A stretch of DNA of 7,719 bases from Candidatus Heimdallarchaeota archaeon B3_Heim (GTDB lineage Archaea > Asgardarchaeota > Heimdallarchaeia > Hodarchaeales > Hodarchaeaceae), in assembly GCA_003144275.1 (NCBI GenBank), contig NJBF01000084.1:1-7719 (forward strand), given 5' to 3'. Below are positions 6,313-7,719 of the stretch, piece after piece. Below the pieces are notes generated by a model. That model had not been told where the DNA came from and ran no database searches. It worked only from the letters and a program-made list of their open reading frames with translations. Position 1 is the stretch's first letter. Each line of letters opens with the position of its first letter. The position numbers were made by a program, and so were the translations under genes.

Positions 6313-6972
6313 TTACATTTCTAAAGCAAGTAAGGCAACCTTTTGAAGTTGAGCTTTCTCGATATCTGCATCGGAAAAGTTGATTGCACCTTGGTAGTTA
6401 TCTTCAAGGAGTTGTTGAATGAACCATTCCCTTTTCAAAGCAAATTCTTCAATTATGTTTGATTTAGGATTAAATTGGATTTTTTCTTTCAGATATTTGT
6501 ATGCTTTTGGTAGAACTTCGCTCGTGGTCGCGGCCAGTACACCAATTATTTTATTAGAACTTTCCTTAACACCCAACAAATTTAGTGCTTTTTTTATTTG
6601 CCTACATCCAGCAAGATACAACAAGATCTCCATAGAGAACGTTTTCGAAATCATTTTATTAGCATTTTTTGCTTTTTCAGCATGCCATAGAGCCGAAAAT
6701 ATATGTTTATATCCCCATATGTGACGAAAGTCAAATAATTGTGAACCAATGAGCTTAAATTTTTCCTCTAATCCATCTAAGGTTTCTTTGATATCAATTG
6801 ATTCGCTTTGGCCTTGAAGCATTCCACCAAAGACGAGGTATACATAGGAATCGAGTTCTTCAATGACGTATGGTTCTATTTTTTTACCGCTCCTCAAAAT
6901 CTTAACTAAATATAAACCTGTAATAGGCCTTAAAATCTTTCTTTTGATAGTACACACATTCCTTTTTGTCAA
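6313..6972 (-). CDS. cgi121: KEOPS complex subunit Cgi121 (TPRKB family); start uncertain
   Basis: Signature QLFDFRHIWGYKHIFSALWHA...SKTFSMEILLYLAGCRQIKKALNLLGVKE and C-terminal LQKVALL. The track start is TTG 6972; TTG 6897 and ATG 6822 are in-frame alternatives. Confidence 0.9.
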   Translation of the reverse strand: MTKRNVCTIKRKILRPITGLYLVKILRSGKKIEPYVIEELDSYVYLVFGGMLQGQSESIDIKETLDGLEEKFKLIGSQLFDFRHIWGYKHIFSALWHAEKAKNANKMISKTFSMEILLYLAGCRQIKKALNLLGVKESSNKIIGVLAATTSEVLPKAYKYLKEKIQFNPKSNIIEEFALKREWFIQQLLEDNYQGAINFSDADIEKAQLQKVALLALEM

Positions 6973-6995
6973 GGATTTAACGATGTGTTTGGATT

Positions 6996-7595
6996 TTGGT
7001 GGAATTCAAGATTTTTCACTGGCATGACATTGATAGATTGGCTCGTTCTCTATTCAATCTTATAAAAAGTGATGGGTATAAACCCGATATTATACTTGGT
7101 ATTAGTCGAGGAGGGTGGATTCCCGCCCGTCTTCTAAGTGATATGTTTGAAGCAAGTTATCTCTTAGAGGGACATCAAACATCTTCGGTGCTAGCGACTA
7201 TGCAAATTAGATTTTATGCAGCTATAGCTGAGACCCATACTAAACCAGTGATATCACAAGATGTCGTGGTAGACATTTTTCAAAAGAATCTTCTATTAAT
7301 TGATGACTTAGCAGATAGTGGGGAAAGCTTGGAATGTGCTCTTAATTACCTCAATTTAAAAGATCCTAAAACGGTGAAAATTGCTACTTTATTGTATAAA
7401 CCTTGGTCTAAAGTAAAACCCGATTACTTTGCTGAAGAGGCATCTGAATGGGTGGTTTTCCCGCATGAGTATTACGAATTTATGACAGAACAAACTCTAT
7501 CTCAAGAATTAACGAAAACGAAGGCATGGGCGACATTTATTGAACAGGGAATTCCCGATTCTGCAATCAATTTTTTCGTTGAGACCTTTTTCTAA
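6996..7595 (+). CDS. Type I phosphoribosyltransferase, probably purine salvage (Gpt/Hpt-like, 199 aa)
   Basis: DIILGISRGGWIPARLLSD, PRPP-binding LLLIDDLADSGESL, and KIATLLYKPWSKVKPDYF...WVVFPHE. Starts at TTG 6996 or GTG 6999; an in-frame TAA at 6978-6980 bounds it. Confidence 0.9.
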   Translation: MVEFKIFHWHDIDRLARSLFNLIKSDGYKPDIILGISRGGWIPARLLSDMFEASYLLEGHQTSSVLATMQIRFYAAIAETHTKPVISQDVVVDIFQKNLLLIDDLADSGESLECALNYLNLKDPKTVKIATLLYKPWSKVKPDYFAEEASEWVVFPHEYYEFMTEQTLSQELTKTKAWATFIEQGIPDSAINFFVETFF

Positions 7596-7605
7596 ACAGA
7601 GGTGT

Positions 7606-7719
7606 TCAAAACTTTTTCCCTCCTAATGATGAATAAGAGTGAAAATGCTTAGTTTTTCCAAGGATTTGATTATAACAGACTAGTAAAAGATCACTTAAAA
7701 CAGCTAATTGTAAATGAAC
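7606..7719 (-). CDS. Possible 3' end of a convergent gene entering from the right edge (...VHLQLAVLSDLLLVCYNQILGKTKHFHSYSSLGGKKF*)
   Basis: The only minus frame open from the edge: 37 codons, then TGA at 7608..7606, 10 nt from the PRTase stop. This resembles the 9-nt convergent gap at 6304-6312. No motif recognised. Confidence 0.35.
   Translation of the reverse strand, partial: VHLQLAVLSDLLLVCYNQILGKTKHFHSYSSLGGKKF

Noticed and set aside
6419-6724. Track ORF 6419..6724 on the plus strand
   Set aside because: Antisense to the clearly recognisable cgi121.
7626-7719. Plus-strand frame MMNKSENA*FFQGFDYNRLVKDHLKQLIVNE, open to the edge after one TAG
   Set aside because: Needs TAG read-through with no supporting evidence. 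The uninterrupted minus-strand frame is the simpler explanation.

Overview
AT-rich, gene-dense archaeal window. An Asgard (Heimdall/Hod-like) origin is my inference from Cgi121, a stand-alone THUMP protein and a GTPG-type small GTPase; it is not shown. The left half (197-4209) is a membrane/transport block: an unknown polytopic protein, an ICMT/PEMT-family methyltransferase, an ABC-2 exporter pair and an unknown 4-TM protein. After a 644-nt non-coding spacer comes a tight plus-strand trio: a small GTPase with a C-terminal winged-helix-like extension, a 58-aa zinc-ribbon protein missing from the ORF track, and a THUMP protein. The trio converges on KEOPS subunit Cgi121, which is divergent from a purine-type phosphoribosyltransferase. 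The best candidate for an undescribed system is the GTPase-wHTH / Zn-ribbon / THUMP unit beside Cgi121. The GTPase has Leu at the Ras Q61-equivalent position and no roadblock/longin partner in the window. No rRNA, tRNA, CRISPR array or mobile element is recognisable. All family calls are by-eye motif recognition; no searches were run.
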